Origin: Lama glama
Lineage: Eukaryota
NCBI GenBank assembly: GCA_028534125.1
Contig: CM052816.1
Span: 50,222,001 to 50,286,000, forward strand
Length of the DNA: 64,000 nucleotides
Reading direction: 5' to 3'
In this document: positions 23,161-36,546 of the stretch, piece by piece
How positions within the stretch are numbered: the first letter of the stretch is position 1
Layout of the letters: each line of letters starts with the position of its first letter
The notes under the pieces: model-generated
The model's database searches: none
What the model was told of the DNA's origin: nothing
Seen by the model: only the letters and a program-made list of their open reading frames with translations
Made by a program: the position numbers and the translations under genes

Positions 23161-25919
23161 ACAACTGAACCACTGTTCCAATGTGAATCAGGTACATATT
23201 TTCTGCAAGAGATACAGCATCCCCCTGTGACATCCTCATCTGAAGATGCCTGCTTTCCCAATGCCCTCTACCTTGTTCTTTTGGGTCTCCTAGATGCTCT
23301 GCTCTAAATCCCAAGTTTAAGCCCATACTTCTCATCTTTCTAATATATGCTATTTAAAAAGCACAAAAAACAAATTTTTGTCTCAATACATACACTTTAC
23401 AGGAAAATATTCATATAATAAAAGAAATATTACTAGCCCTGCCACTCCTCAGAGATAACCACTGCAAATTTTTGATGCATAGCTTCTTAGATATTTTTAT
23501 TTACATATTTCCATATATATATACATTTTTAATATATTTCATATATTTATAAGTGCATAAAATAACAAAAATACTATACGCATATAATGTTTTCTGATCA
23601 TTTTTAGCTTAAAAATATCATTTTAAAAATGTTGAAATAACTGAGGGCTATGAAATTAAAAGGGGAGGTTATGTAGCAGAATGCAGAGAATCCAGACTAG
23701 TTTCTTAGGACACTAATTCCATTAACTATGTCTTGGAAAAAGGATTCCTTGATCCCATAAACATTAAATACTAACCTTCCTTTTGAAAATCCATAACGTA
23801 GTTTAGCATCTTAAAGACTCTAAGTGGTCCTATAGTATGTTTTATTCTGTGTTCACTGAGTAAAACTATTTAAATACTAATGTCATTAATATAATAATAA
23901 TGTAGGAAAAATCATTTGAAAAGGACTTACATTTCATGAAATATTTTTCAATGAACATTTTTAAAAAAATGCTTTAAGCTTGTGTCTGGATGTACAATGA
24001 CTCAGTAATCCAGTCCCCTGCTATTGGTTGTTTAGGTGCGGTCTGCTGAAGCCAAAGCTGGGACAGACATTTCAGTCGCAGGTAGCACAGGTGTGCACAT
24101 TTTACGTTTCCCTCTAGAAGTTAACCCATTTAGTGCAACCGCTTCTCTGTACCCTCAGAAATGTCAGATAGAATATTACTTTTAGTCTACATGAATCTGC
24201 CATGTGATAAATAGTGTTTATTTTCCTCTTAATAAGTATGTCTTTGACTGACAGTCTGACACTCCATCTTCAGGCTCAACAGGTGAAAACTTCATTATTG
24301 TTATTGTTTAGGTTTGGTTTGATTTGTAGATTTGTTTGTTTCATGTATTTATTTATGTATTGGCCATTGCCATTGTTACTACTAGCATTGGTTAAGTGGG
24401 AATAAAAACCTGCCGGTTGAATTGCTAGAAACATATGTCATTGATATGGAGATAGAGCAAAGAGCTTGCCGTTATAGGAAAAAGCAGAGACAAAAATGAC
24501 TGTATGCTTGCATTCTGCTTTCAAACATGACAGTTTCTTAATGGCATTTAAATGGTTGGAAAGTAGCTGAAATTACTGAAGAAATAGTAAAGCTTGCTAT
24601 TATTTAAATATAAATTAATAAAAATTTAAATTAAAAAATGTAATGCATTTAGTAACCTAAATTCAATTAATATGTGTGTTAATGAATAAAGATTAGTGAA
24701 TAAAAAGCAGCTGAATTTCACCTTAAATGTTGTAATACATAATTTATCTTCAAGAAACCTAGAAGCCTTTTGGAAAACTTGGAAATTTTTTGTCAGGAAA
24801 CAGTTCTGCTTGAAAATCACTGGTTCATGCTGCTTATGTTTTATGCCTATTTTCTGTATTTTTCCTGAGGGTTTGTTTTTCTTAAACCTATCTTACTTTT
24901 CTACTTTAAAAAACATTATAATTTAAATGCTCCTTCATTTAATTCCCTCAAAAATGGATAGCTCCTTCCCATTTTTAAAATAAAAAACTAAATCATGAAG
25001 TTGAAATTAGAGGAAACACATAGAAAGTTTATTTAAAAGTGCATAGTCAATATTGAAATAAAGCTAACTTGAACTTCAGCACTCTTTGCACATTACTAGG
25101 AACTTGTTTATTTGTAACAGCATGGAATAATGAATAAACTATAGATATAGAGGAGAATGAAATAGTAATTTCATTGAAAATCACGCAAATCCCATGTTCC
25201 AAAATTGAAGTTATTGGTAAGATAAAAACCTACCGCTGTAGTCAGCCTTGTCTGAGACCACTAGTTTTTCAAATAACTTTCGAAGCTTCTAAATTGAGGT
25301 TTTAGTTTAGTAAGAAAACAACAGAGCAAAATAGTTGAACTACACAAGTATTATCATGTGTCTGTAAGATTGTTAGTAATGTGTGTTGGAGAATACTTTT
25401 CTAAAATAAAATTTTAAAACTGAGCACAACTGCATGGTAGACATTCTAAAAATTGATAAAGCATGTGGTAACAATATGACTGAACAATTTTTAATGATGT
25501 TATATTTTTTGTTGACCACAGTGGTCATACATCTGTACAAGCCCTATTAACCAGTAAGACTAGATGAGTTCTTGGATACTTTAAAATGTCTCTGTAATCT
25601 ACAAACTGGCTATTATTATACATGCAGGAAACAAGATAAATTTATGTTTAAACAGTCAAATGATATACAAATGATATACACAATATTTTTTCTTCAGCCT
25701 CTAGATAATTTTTCAGTGGTCTAAACATTGTGTCCAATTGCTAATCTGTAAAATAACTCTCAATACACCATTTTCTATATATTTTCAGACTCAAGGATGT
25801 CAAAAGATCTGAAAACCCTTCAGTTAAACACACATATATACACATACACATACATACAATAACCCCACCCGAGAAGGTTTTCTTTTGATTAACCTAGCAT
25901 TTTCCAAACTTAACTTCTT

Positions 25920-26037
25920 GATGATAAGACCCCTGAAGGCATAGTGTGTTCCTAGTGCCTATCAAAGTATCTGGCACATAGAGATATTAGTAAGTATCAG
26001 CTGAATGAATGAATGGATGGATGAATGAACAAATGAA
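25920..26037 (+). mobile_element. L2 3' end
   Basis: 'tctggcacatagagatattagtaagtatcagctgaatgaatgaatgg'. Confidence 0.7.
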
Positions 26038-26489
26038 GTTTGGGAAACCAACAACTAAATCTGTTTGGTGTTTCACATAGGATATATTCATAAATGTAAT
26101 TCTAAAGTGAAATGTGTTTTGACATCTGAAACAACCCAATAATATTATGAGTATCCTTTGCAGCCTTCAAAGTCTAGTATAAGTCTCATTCCCCCCGAGA
26201 TTCTTTCTCTTTTTACTCTACTTGTTATCAGTCTTCTTCTTCTCTGAAATTTTATGGCACTTTTAGTCTCTATCACATAATTTAGCACTGAATCATACAC
26301 TGTCCTATAGAATTCACTATAGCATCCTTGATTTATGACTATTTGACTTCTGGCTATGCACATGTCTGGTGCTCTGTGATTGTAAGTTTCATATGATAAC
26401 AAACATGCAGCACAAAAAGAAGCCTCTCACTTATTAGTAATCATTGTATGATTAATAACTGTAAGGCCCTTTAAATTCATGAGGTTCAT

Positions 26490-26670
26490 TTAAAACTATT
26501 GTCTCATTTGGTTTCACAATAATGGTGGGTTGATATGAGTGCAATTATCCCCATTTTATAGATGGAGAAGCTGAGAACTAAAGAAGTTAAGTAATGTTCC
26601 AATGATTTAGATATTCATTAGATTAAGGACTAAACCCCAGCATTTAATGACATCCAAAGCCCATTTATTT
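26490..26670 (-). mobile_element. MIR
   Basis: 'attatccccattttatagatggagaagctgagaactaaagaagttaagtaa'. Confidence 0.75.
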
Positions 26671-26889
26671 GCTTCCTGGTCTGTTTTCTGACTTGTACGA
26701 GGCAAGGCAAGCCTTCTTCCTTCATTCAGAAATTATCGAGTTCTCCAGTCTGTTTGCCCTGAACAACCTTTTCCCCAGACTCTAGTCTCTAGACAATTAG
26801 TGGTTCAAGAGGCTGAGGAGAGAGAGAGGAAGAAAGAGGAAACAGAGAGAAACCTGAGAGAAGCATAGAGAGGGAAAGATGCTGGGAAG

Positions 26890-27222
26890 CACAGGCCCAG
26901 ACTGGAGGACGTGAGCCCTGTCTGGCCAGCAGATGTGTTTTGTTTGGCCATCACAGAGCGTTTTATAAAAAAGTGAATTCATTGCCAACTTTTAAAATGG
27001 CAAGTGCTCTCATCTATATTTTTGGCTTCTCTTGAAAATACAAGACGAATGGCCAATTAGGTTCAAATTTCTGCACAGTGACAATTGCCTACAGCTGAGT
27101 AGTGGCTACTCCCTTAAGTTGGAGTGTGTGCCCTCTAGCGTAGCCCAGTCCCAACCCTCTCCTATCTGACTCCAGGCAGCGTCACTCTTCCAGCCTCTTC
27201 AGGGATTTGTTTGGCGTCTGTC
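26890..27222 (-). mobile_element. MER102-like hAT-Charlie fossil
   Basis: 'gatgtgttttgtttggcc...ttgccaacttttaaaa...ggcttctcttgaaaa'. Confidence 0.7.
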
Positions 27223-28067
27223 TCTTCTACATAAGGAAATAAGACAGGCTTTATTGTATCACTGTCTCCGACTTTCTATCAGTATCCTCAGCTTTAATGG
27301 TTTTAACTATGCAAATCCTAATCAGAGGGCTACTTGAAGTCAAAATCTTTTTTAGACAAATAAATTCATTCATTGCACAAATATTTATTGAGTGCCTACT
27401 ATATACCTAGCATTGTTTAGGAATCAACCTCATTGCTTCAGAGGTACAACTTAGATTTCCCTTAAGATGACTAATGATTATGATTACAAACAATATCTGA
27501 TAAAGTGTGAGTCTTATGTCTAGGACACAAATGCTTTCAATTACACACATTCAGAATCAAATTTCAACAACAATTTGGTCATCAAATCCAAGCATAGCTT
27601 TAGGGATTCCAAAATGATGAAGTAACATTGTGGTAGATCAAAGGATTGGTTTGAATATTTTAAAGATTTGTGATCTTGTTTTCTCATTTGTGTTACATAT
27701 AGGAGAAACAGTACAATTTTTAAATTAGGTTTGCCTCAAGAAGCCAGACACACTTCAGTCTGAGAGTAACAGATGAACCAAAGCTTATCCCCTAATTCCT
27801 TTAGGTGTTACCCAGAACTTGGAAAAAAGGGGGGGAAAAAAAGGTAAGAGCAAAGCAGACACACCTGGATAAATTCCTGTAAATCTTTTTATTATCCCCA
27901 GACATCTCTTTGAACTTGCTATCACACTCCCCATAGAAACTCTAATGAATTTCATTAATCCTGTGTGGCTATACATTTAATTTCTGATTCATTACAGTAG
28001 AGGTAAGGCAGAAATTATGGTAAGTAAAACGAGACCATCAAAAGGTTTTATGTTAATTGGTTACCAC

Positions 28068-28532
28068 GTGCATTAATATCTTGTGGCTGTCACAACAAAT
28101 TACTACAAACTTAATGGTTTAAAACAATAGAAATTTATTTTCTCACAGTTACGGACTACAAGTCTGAAACCGAGTTGTTAGCAGGGCTGCTCTCCCTCTG
28201 AAGACTCTAGGGTTGGACCTTCCTTGCCTCTTCCAGCTTCTTGTGGTACCAGGGGTTCCTTGGTTTGTGGCTGCAAATTTTAAATACCTGCTTCTGTGTT
28301 CACACAGCCTTTTTTTCTGTGTGTGTATCTTCTCTTCTGTCTCATAAGGATACTTGTCATAGGATTTAAGGCCCACCAAGGTAATCCAGGATAATCTCAC
28401 TTTAAGATCTTTAAGTTAATTACATGTGCAAAGACTCTTTTTTCCAAATAAGGTCACATTCCCAGGTTCTGGGGGTTAAGATGTGAACACATTTTTTTTT
28501 TGTCAGTGCACGATTTAACAAAGTATACCACA
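28068..28532 (-). mobile_element. MLT1C/D-like MaLR LTR
   Basis: 'acaaattactacaaacttaatggtttaaaacaatagaaatttattttctcacagtt...ccaaataaggtcacattc'. Confidence 0.88.
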
Positions 28533-29290
28533 TTTCACTGTTTGAGATTTTGATACACCTATTAGAAACATTTTTACAGATGTACTATTTATACTTAATG
28601 TGGTGCTCATGATTAATTCCATAAATGGTTTAGCATCAAGTCCTCGGTCAACAACACAAGCCTTAATTCTGCCGTTATTTCTATAGAAAAAAGTAGATGT
28701 GATTTATGACATGGCTTTATTTAAACGTTAGTTTTGCCATTCATATAATGTTGTAAGCTCCGAGAATCCAAAAGCTGTGCCTTATATTTATTTCTATTTT
28801 CTACTCAACACCTAAGGTAGCCTAGTGCATATAGACAGATATTTATTGCATGCTTGCTGATTAGCACATTCATTTTGAAATTAATCTTTGTCCCTGATCT
28901 CTGTAGCGATTTTGCTAAGGCTATGAATGTAACCAGAGGAACAGAGCAGCTTTTGTATGATAACAGTATATTTTCGTTTGGAGGTGGGGGGGTGAAATCT
29001 TGACCAAGGCTAGCTCTAGGCTTGTAATTTCTCATTCCTCTCCCCACACCCTACTGAGTCCTTTTTATTTGGCTGTTTAGATTGACCTACATACCTGCTC
29101 CTAGAAGGTACAGGTAAAAAGAGAAAGCCTGAAAAGTCTGTTCAAGAGCGAGGTTCAAGAATATGGCTTAGAAATCTTGACAAAATCCTTTGAGTGATAT
29201 AGTTAGGACTGAGGCGCTACAGCATTGCCACCAGGGAATAGGTCTGTAGAACTCGGGGAGACTGCATTAATTCCTTGGTCAGAACTGTTT

Positions 29291-29492
29291 TGTTTTGTCT
29301 TGTTTTTATTTATTTATCTTCAGTGAAGTACAGTCGGTTTACAATGTGTTAATTTCTGGTGCAGAGCATGGTGATTCAGTTATATATATATAACTTTATA
29401 TATATAATTCCTTTTCATATTCTTTTCATTCTAGGCTATTACAAGGTATTGAATATAGTTCCCTGTGCTATACAGTAGGACCTTGCTGTTTA
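29291..29492 (-). mobile_element. Short camelid-type L1 3' end with TSD
   Basis: Antisense L1 3' UTR; TSD ggtcagaactgttt (29277-29290) versus ggttagaacagttt (29493-29506). Confidence 0.9.
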
Positions 29493-30701
29493 GGTTAGAA
29501 CAGTTTCGAACAATTATCTTGAAAGGAAGGAAGGGAGTCAGGAGGGAAGATGGGAGAGAGCTTTAGTTTGAATAGATATTATGATCAATTGAAAAGTAAT
29601 TTTTAGGCTCAGAGAACTTTCGAAGCTTTTTTTGAGACACAGTAAGAGATGTCAGAGAAAGAAATTAAAACTACTTCTCTGTAGAGAAGTGAAGAAATGT
29701 TGCACAGGGTTGTTGGTTGTACGAAACAGAAATTAAATGATCAGAGTGTCACGAGCTGGCTGGAGGCACTTCGTGGCAGAAGAAAACTAATGAAAAGGGG
29801 GAAAAGTGTAGAGAAGGCTGGAGAAATACAGAGCCTAGTGTTGCAATTAAAGTATGAATAGCTGGGCAATCTGGAGTCGTTGGAAGGAATCATTAGCGCT
29901 GGTTAAAGGAATACATTTCTGCTGCTAAAATAATAAAATTCCTTAGAGGCATCAGAAACTGTGTTGAATATTGGTAGCAATCCTCTTGATATTTCATTAA
30001 TTAACGAAGATCACCTTCTCCTAAGCTTCTTTGAAGCTTAGAACTGCCAGAACTCACAGATATTTTTTCCTGGAGAAAGAAAACCAAGTGTAATCATATC
30101 CTTTTGTTCATTCTAAGTAGAGGTCACTTAGATTTCCTTCAACTCAGTGAAAACATTAACCAGGAGAAGATTCCACTTCACACTGAAATAACTACTAACC
30201 CAAAGCCCTAAATTAGCCTCAAAACAGTTTGCCTTTAAACACACACACAAATCGCAAAACTCTGAGCCTTTGGTCAGGCTCTGGACGAAAGACTGGGCTC
30301 TGTACAGACCGTCTGCTTGGGAGATGTGTGAACTCTACTATCCCTTTTCTGTGTGTCTGGCCACGGCGTCTCTGAACGCTCAAGGACTGTTTTCAAACCG
30401 AACTGATAAGAGACTAAAAAAGATCCAGTCTGAGTTTGCTGGACCTTATCTTTTTCCCCTAAAATGCCTACCACACTCTAAATAAGAAACACAAATACGT
30501 AGAAATTCAATCAAATGGGGTCAAAATAAATACATTTTTTCTTACCAAAATGAGTATTTCTGTTATTGTTTTAGAAAGCAAAAGCAGTTCCAAGGTTGAG
30601 ATGTTGTCAGGTGGAGGAAGGAGAAACTACGGGTAGGATCCATCAGCCAGAGAGAACAAAGCTCCCTCTTGTTCCGGTGGGAAGGGCACCGGTTAGGAAC
30701 A

Positions 30702-30720
30702 TGTCCACTAGGTGGCGATT
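30702..30720 (+). promoter_or_regulatory. Candidate CTCF binding site
   Basis: TGTCCACTAGGTGGCGATT closely fits the CTCF core CCACYAGRKGGCRS and retains its CpG. Confidence 0.65.
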
Positions 30721-31119
30721 CATCTCCTACATTAGTTTTAAAATCAAAGAACACATCTGCTAAGCATTGTGATGGGTGTGAGAAAGGTACATATGGATCC
30801 TTTGCCTTAAAAATGGCTTTTTTAGGAAAATCAGTTTTGAATAATGTTGAGAACAATGCAGATCTCCATTTTAGGGTGAAAGTTGGGCTCTATCATTATG
30901 GAACATTTCATAATTAAGGTTCGGAGTATCAAGCAGAGTTGAAGAATTTTGAAGCTGAAAGTAATCTTTGAGATGATCCCAATGATCAGCCTTGCCTTGC
31001 AAGTGAAGATACTGAGAACCAAGGATAGCAAATCACTTGCCTAAGTTTATAGTATTAGTGATAGAGCCAGAATTAGACTCCATGTCACTTGAGTCATCCT
31101 GGTCCAGGTTAAAAGTTTT

Positions 31120-31700
31120 CATCAATAAATGTACGTATAGGCACGTTAAGTTCTAGGCTTAGAACAAAATCTGGATGTTGTGGGTGCAGAAATGGCACCT
31201 GTCTTAAATCAGCCCTTAGAGTTGGAGAAACAAATTATCTCATGATTATAACAACACAGACAGTGCCTTAAACAATGACCAGTGATGAGGCCTGCCTGGT
31301 GCTCAGAGCAGAACATGTCATATGACAAGGCAAGGGTAGGCCTGAGAAAAGTGAGGCAAGGCTGAGTATGTGGGAGAGGAGATCAGTTCAGAAGTTGGTC
31401 ATGGACTCCAATGCAGGCAAAGGCGAGACAGGAGTTTGGTTACAAATGGAACACATAAGTGCCAGAGGTTAAGAGCAAGACTGTGCCGTCACCAGACTAG
31501 CTGCAGGGCCCATGCTGGAGGCAGATGCTGCACAAGTCAAAGCCCGGGACAGTGGGGAGAGACCAGGAGGACTGCACCAGGCAATCATGAGGGATGCCAG
31601 AGGCCAGGCAAAGTGATAGGGAAAACACCTTAGCAGGGAAGACCACAGCATTTGATCAGTGAACCAGTAAGCATACAAGAATCTGGCGTGCAAATCAGTT
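31120..31700 (-). mobile_element. Degraded L2 fragments
   Basis: Purine-rich antisense L2-like motifs such as 'gagaccaggaggactgcaccaggcaatcatgagg'. Confidence 0.45.
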
Positions 31701-31808
31701 TTGTCCTAGTCAAGAATCTTCTAATGTGCTTTCGGCTGGGACAAGAAATAGTCCCAAGACGTGAGCAGCCTAGAATTTGCTGGAAAGCACACACAAGTAG
31801 GACTCAAT

Positions 31809-31876
31809 TCTCTTTTCTTTCCTTTCCCTCCCTTCCTTCCTTCCTTCCTTCCCTTCCCTCCCCCCCCCTTTCTTTC

Positions 31877-31965
<89 letters not shown>

Positions 31966-32062
31966 TTCCTTCCTTCCTTCCTTCTTTCCCTTTCTTTCTT
32001 TCTTTCTTCCTTCCTTCTTTCTTTTCTTTTTCCCTTTCTTCCCTTTTCCTTTCTTTCTTTCT
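31809..32062. repeat. Compound (CCTT)n/(CTTT)n polypyrimidine microsatellite, about 250 bp
   Basis: Uninterrupted pyrimidine strand. Confidence 0.97.
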
Positions 32063-33593
32063 GTTTTACTTGATAAAAGCTACATATATAGAAAGAGATT
32101 TAGACTGTTGCACCCAGCTATGGTGTTTTCCTTATCAAAAGTTTAATAAAATCAGTACATAAAAGTTCAAAAATCTATGCTTATCTCAAAAACATACTGA
32201 ACAAGATTTGGTGAAAGGATGGCGAGGAAAAGGTATTTTAGTAAGCACATGGCCCCTTCTGAAAAGAAGCTATCTTGGAATCTATCTGTAAAGAATTTCT
32301 AGCTGGGCATGACCCACCACATATGTGCTGCCAGAAACAAGTTCCAATGAAGAGGAAGCACTGGGTCTGAGAAAGACAGAGGCAAAACCACCAAATCAAC
32401 TGTCTGTGATAAAGACAAGTTTTTCCTTTATTCCAGAAAGTGAAGGCAAGATCAGGCCAATATTAATCTACTCCTACACAAATTTTGCCTCTAGACCTTA
32501 TGATAATTTGCCTATTTTCTCTGACAGGAAACTGGCTTTTCGGGTCACAAAGAAAAGCCGTAGGCAGGTCTCAGATCCTAACAGCATAATTTCATCATGA
32601 AGCAAGGTACCAAAAGGGTGGAGCTGAGTTTTCTGTTGGATGCTGACTGTATTCATTATCTCTAACTCCTAATTTGCCATGTTTCACTCAAACCAAATAC
32701 AAATCTTGACTTATTGTTGGTTTGAATTTACCAGAACTATTCAAATATGTCTGGAATATGCCTCTTATCTAGCATATGGATTTCTGAATATATGATTTAT
32801 GATGTTTTTATCCTCTAAAAACATTATGGGATTATTTTAATGAACAATTCAGTATGTCACAAACCTGGGGAAAAACTTGTGGGTTGCTAACATTGTTTTA
32901 TTTCTTGACATGTGTGATGGTTCTATGATATTTGTTTTATAATTGTTATTTTATGCTATACTTTATGTGTATTACATTTCACATTTAAAAAAAAAAGGTT
33001 TTTAAAAGGTCATGGTCTATATTTTTGAATCTGTGAGGCCCTTTAAGAAACACAGTGAAATGCTAATGAACTCAACAGCGGTATTCCCTGAGATCCAATG
33101 GCAAAGAAAAACTAGTTTCCAGCTATAGAACAACAATGTCTTTTAAAAGTGCACTTTAAAAGTAAAGTATTTTAATGTATGTTGACTCAAAAAATCTTCG
33201 CAAATATCTTTCTGCCTCTCCTAGACTTCAGATCCGTAGGTCAGGGGATGTTGCCCCAGTTAACTACATCATGTAAATTAAGAAAATGAGAATTTTGAAA
33301 TTAATTTTTTTATGTTTAATCTCTATCTTTTAAACTCTCATTTCTTACTTCTGCACTTTCTCTCTGAGGAGAAATGTTGTGTACTTGGCATAGTGCTGTA
33401 TGTCATTCACTCACATCAGAAAGTCTAGCTGGTGTCTCCAGAAGCACTTGTCCATTAACTTACTCTAGGTGTGTTAGTGACAGAATGTGAGACTCGGGGG
33501 TTCCAAGTCCATGCTCACTACAGCAGAGTTTTAAATCCTCTCCTAAATGTTCTGGTAGTTTAAACTGGGCTTCCTGTCTCCCTTTGTTAGACT

Positions 33594-33637
33594 ATGTGTG
33601 TATGTATATGCGTGCGTGCGTGCGTGTGTGTGTGTGT
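33594..33637. repeat. Alternating purine-pyrimidine (TG/TA/CG) repeat
   Basis: 'atgtgtgtatgtatatgcgtgcgtgcgtgcgtgtgtgtgtgtgta'. Confidence 0.9.
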
Positions 33638-35059
33638 ATCTCCTCTATACAATACTTAACACTGCCAAGTTTGGATCCAATCAAAATTTGTGGTTTCTGT
33701 TTCAAACTGACCTGGAACCTTCCGTGTTTGGGCTTGTTTCATCTTGGCAAAGTTTTTCTTCCTGTTTCTAAGAATGAACTATTATTAGGCTCACAGGCTT
33801 CTTGCCCATCTTATAGTTCTTAGAAAGCGGATTATCATTGTGGGAGTGAATTTAGTAGATTAAACATTCATTTTTAATGAAATAAAGCTTGGAAGAATCC
33901 AAAAAGAAACGCAAAGAAAATGTACTTGACAAAAATCATCTGTCTTTAACAAAAGTCTAAAACATTCAAAAATAGTTTATAATTTTATATACTTAAAATA
34001 CTAAAAAGAAAATTCTAGTCCCTAAAGTTTACCTCTAAAGTGTTTTATTGTCATGAAGCTCTATGAAATAAATTTTATTTAGTTTATATTAAAAAAGCTT
34101 AGACTGGAAATCAGGATATACTTATCAAATTTCCTTCTGCCAATAACCAACTACTATGTAAAGGTTGTTAACCTCTGCTACTAATTTGTTTAACATTCTT
34201 TCCTGAGTAAGCTGGTACTTTTTTTGGTACCAAAATATGTTATTGAAAGGAATGGTCCAATTTTTCCCATTTCTTCCAATGTAGGAAGAAGGCAGAGGTG
34301 CATCTTCTGGTGGAGCCTACAGACAGTGTAAAGGTGACACAAATACGAATCACTGCATTATCTACCAGGGGAAGTCGTCCCATTGGCCACAGGAAGCAAG
34401 CCTGGGCCTTCTCTCTCTTTGCCACTGTCTCCTGGTGTGTGCTGGTCAAAGCTACATACTGTGATGCCAGATTTTAGAACCCCTGTCTTGCACAAGTTTA
34501 TTACATAATTATACACTCCTTTTCAAAACATTGTTTTTTGTCAGTTGAACATAATCACACATTCTTAAAATGGATTTCATCTGCTTGAAATGAGTCTGAA
34601 GGAAGTCAACCAAAAGGGAGCCATTCCTGTCAGGAGCGAGTTTCATAGTGCTAGCAATTCACACACTGTCTAGTTGTTATGCACACTCTGTTGTGATCAG
34701 CCTGCTCTCCCGTCATCACGGTCAGCTTTATTGATATCCTGAGGCAAATGTGTCCACCCATTTGGTTCTGCAGTCCTGGCAGTGGTTTGGGGGCACCTGC
34801 AAGAAGGATGTGGTCATAATGGCAGGTAACTGAGAAGAGGTGGCTGCCACATAATCTGGGAGGGGTGGGGCCCTTGGGGCAGTTTGGGCAGAGAATATGG
34901 TAGTGACCTGGGGGCATGAGTGGCTGATCAGGAGCAAGCTCTAGGTTCCAGCCAAGCACACCTGAAGAAGGAAACTACAGTCATTCTCTGAATTTAGCAT
35001 CTGTCAACTCACTACATTTTTATGCTGTAGTTTCAATTGTCAGAAGACAATAATAGGCT

Positions 35060-35650
35060 TTTGCTTCTGGTCATGATAGGGTACCAGGACCATATAAATC
35101 CTTGCATTTAAACAATCAGAAAATGTGACAAAATATATGAAACAATAACTTTAAGACATTGGACAACAGGAATCACAACTCCATTATCCCGGAGAAGGGC
35201 AAGAAAGGGGAGAGCTTATTGCCTGGAGGGAGTTTACAGGTTACAGCGTGGTACAATATGCAATGTACAAAGCACGTTGGTTTCACTGAGTTAAGGAGAT
35301 ACAGATCAGAGTTTAGGAAAGCCAAGGGAGTTAGAATTCATGGGACAAAGTTACCAGAGGAAGGAACTGCACAAAGAGTGAGTGAGCTCTAGATCTGCAG
35401 AAGGGTCCCCTTTAGTTGAGGACTGAATACCAATCTACACAGCCATGGAAGGAAAATAATCAAGATTCTAATCATAAGGAAACATGAGACAATTGAAATT
35501 GGGAAATGTTCTACAAAATAACAGGCCTATACTTTTCAAAAAGTCTAGGTCAAGCAAATGAAAGGAAGACTGAAGAACTGTTATAGATTAAAGAAGTATA
35601 AAGAGACATAACACCTACATGCAATGAGTGATCTTGAATTGGGTCCTGGA
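35060..35650 (+). mobile_element. Old L1M (L1MC/L1MD-like) 5' end (about 35060-35455) abutting a 3' UTR piece (about 35456-35650)
   Basis: 'gacaaaatatatgaaacaataactttaagacattggacaacagg' resembles an L1M 5' end; 'ctaatcataaggaaacatgagacaa...ttctacaaaataac' resembles an L1MC 3' UTR. Confidence 0.6.
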
Positions 35651-35719
35651 GCTCTGTGATGGCACAACAAGGAAAAGTGGTAGGTGGTATAGTCTTATGG
35701 CATAAAAAGCCAGCCATTC

Positions 35720-35857
35720 ACCCTAGATTATAAATGACCAAAGGCAGGAGACATGCCAACCTTGCTCACTACTCTATGACCAGCACCCAAAACGCTTCCC
35801 AGAAACATACAGGCACTCAAGAAATATTTTCTAAAATAAGGAATAGATGAATGAATG
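35720..35857 (+). mobile_element. L2 3' end
   Basis: 'catacaggcactcaagaaatattt...gatgaatgaatg'. Confidence 0.65.
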
Positions 35858-36389
35858 TGTGTTGCTGGTGGATTTTTACATCTCTTGGTTGCTCTTCCCC
35901 TTTTCCGAACTTGGTTGATCGTTCAGAGAGTTTTCATTTCCATTTGTTGAGCTTCTTGGTTCCTGTAGTTTTACCAGTGGGGAGAGAGTGACCTTGACCA
36001 CTGCTCCTCCTCCCACAACCCTCTGCTTCCTCTCCGCTTTATGACTAAGCTTTTGACTTTCATGCTGGTAGTCACCCATGGACACACCCACAAGATTAAT
36101 TAAGAAATTCAATATAGTTGAGGACCAGGAGAAAGTTCACTATCCCCAAAATAGCTGTTTGTTTTTTTCTTTTCCATTGAGCTACTATTGTTGCCATTCC
36201 TCCAAATTCCAACGCCGGCACTTTTCACAGCCTTAGCCTGGAGAGCTGCATGATAACTTATTGTTGAAAAAATAAGACTGCTTATCGGTACCTGATAAGA
36301 GCTACTGCTTCCTATAGGCGGTGGGACCATTATGATTAATCTTAGTGTCCCCCATCAGCCCTGAACATAATGTCTTACACATGATAGAC

Positions 36390-36546
36390 TTTTTTTTTCA
36401 CGTTTTAAAATAGACTTTATTTTTTAGAGCGGTTTTTGGTTCACAACAAAATTGAGCGGAATGTACAAAGAGTTCCTTTATACTCCTTGCATCTGTACAC
36501 GCACAACCTCCCCAAAGTCCCTCACCAGAGTGGTACATTTGTTACG
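36390..36546 (-). mobile_element. L1MB/L1MC-like 3' end
   Basis: 'aatagactttattttttagagcggtttttggttcacaacaaaattgagcgg...cagagtggtacatttgttac'. Confidence 0.8.

Noticed and set aside
31652..32162. 164-aa and 133-aa F/L/S-rich ORFs (also 49030-49260)
   Set aside because: They are translations of (CTTT)n microsatellites.
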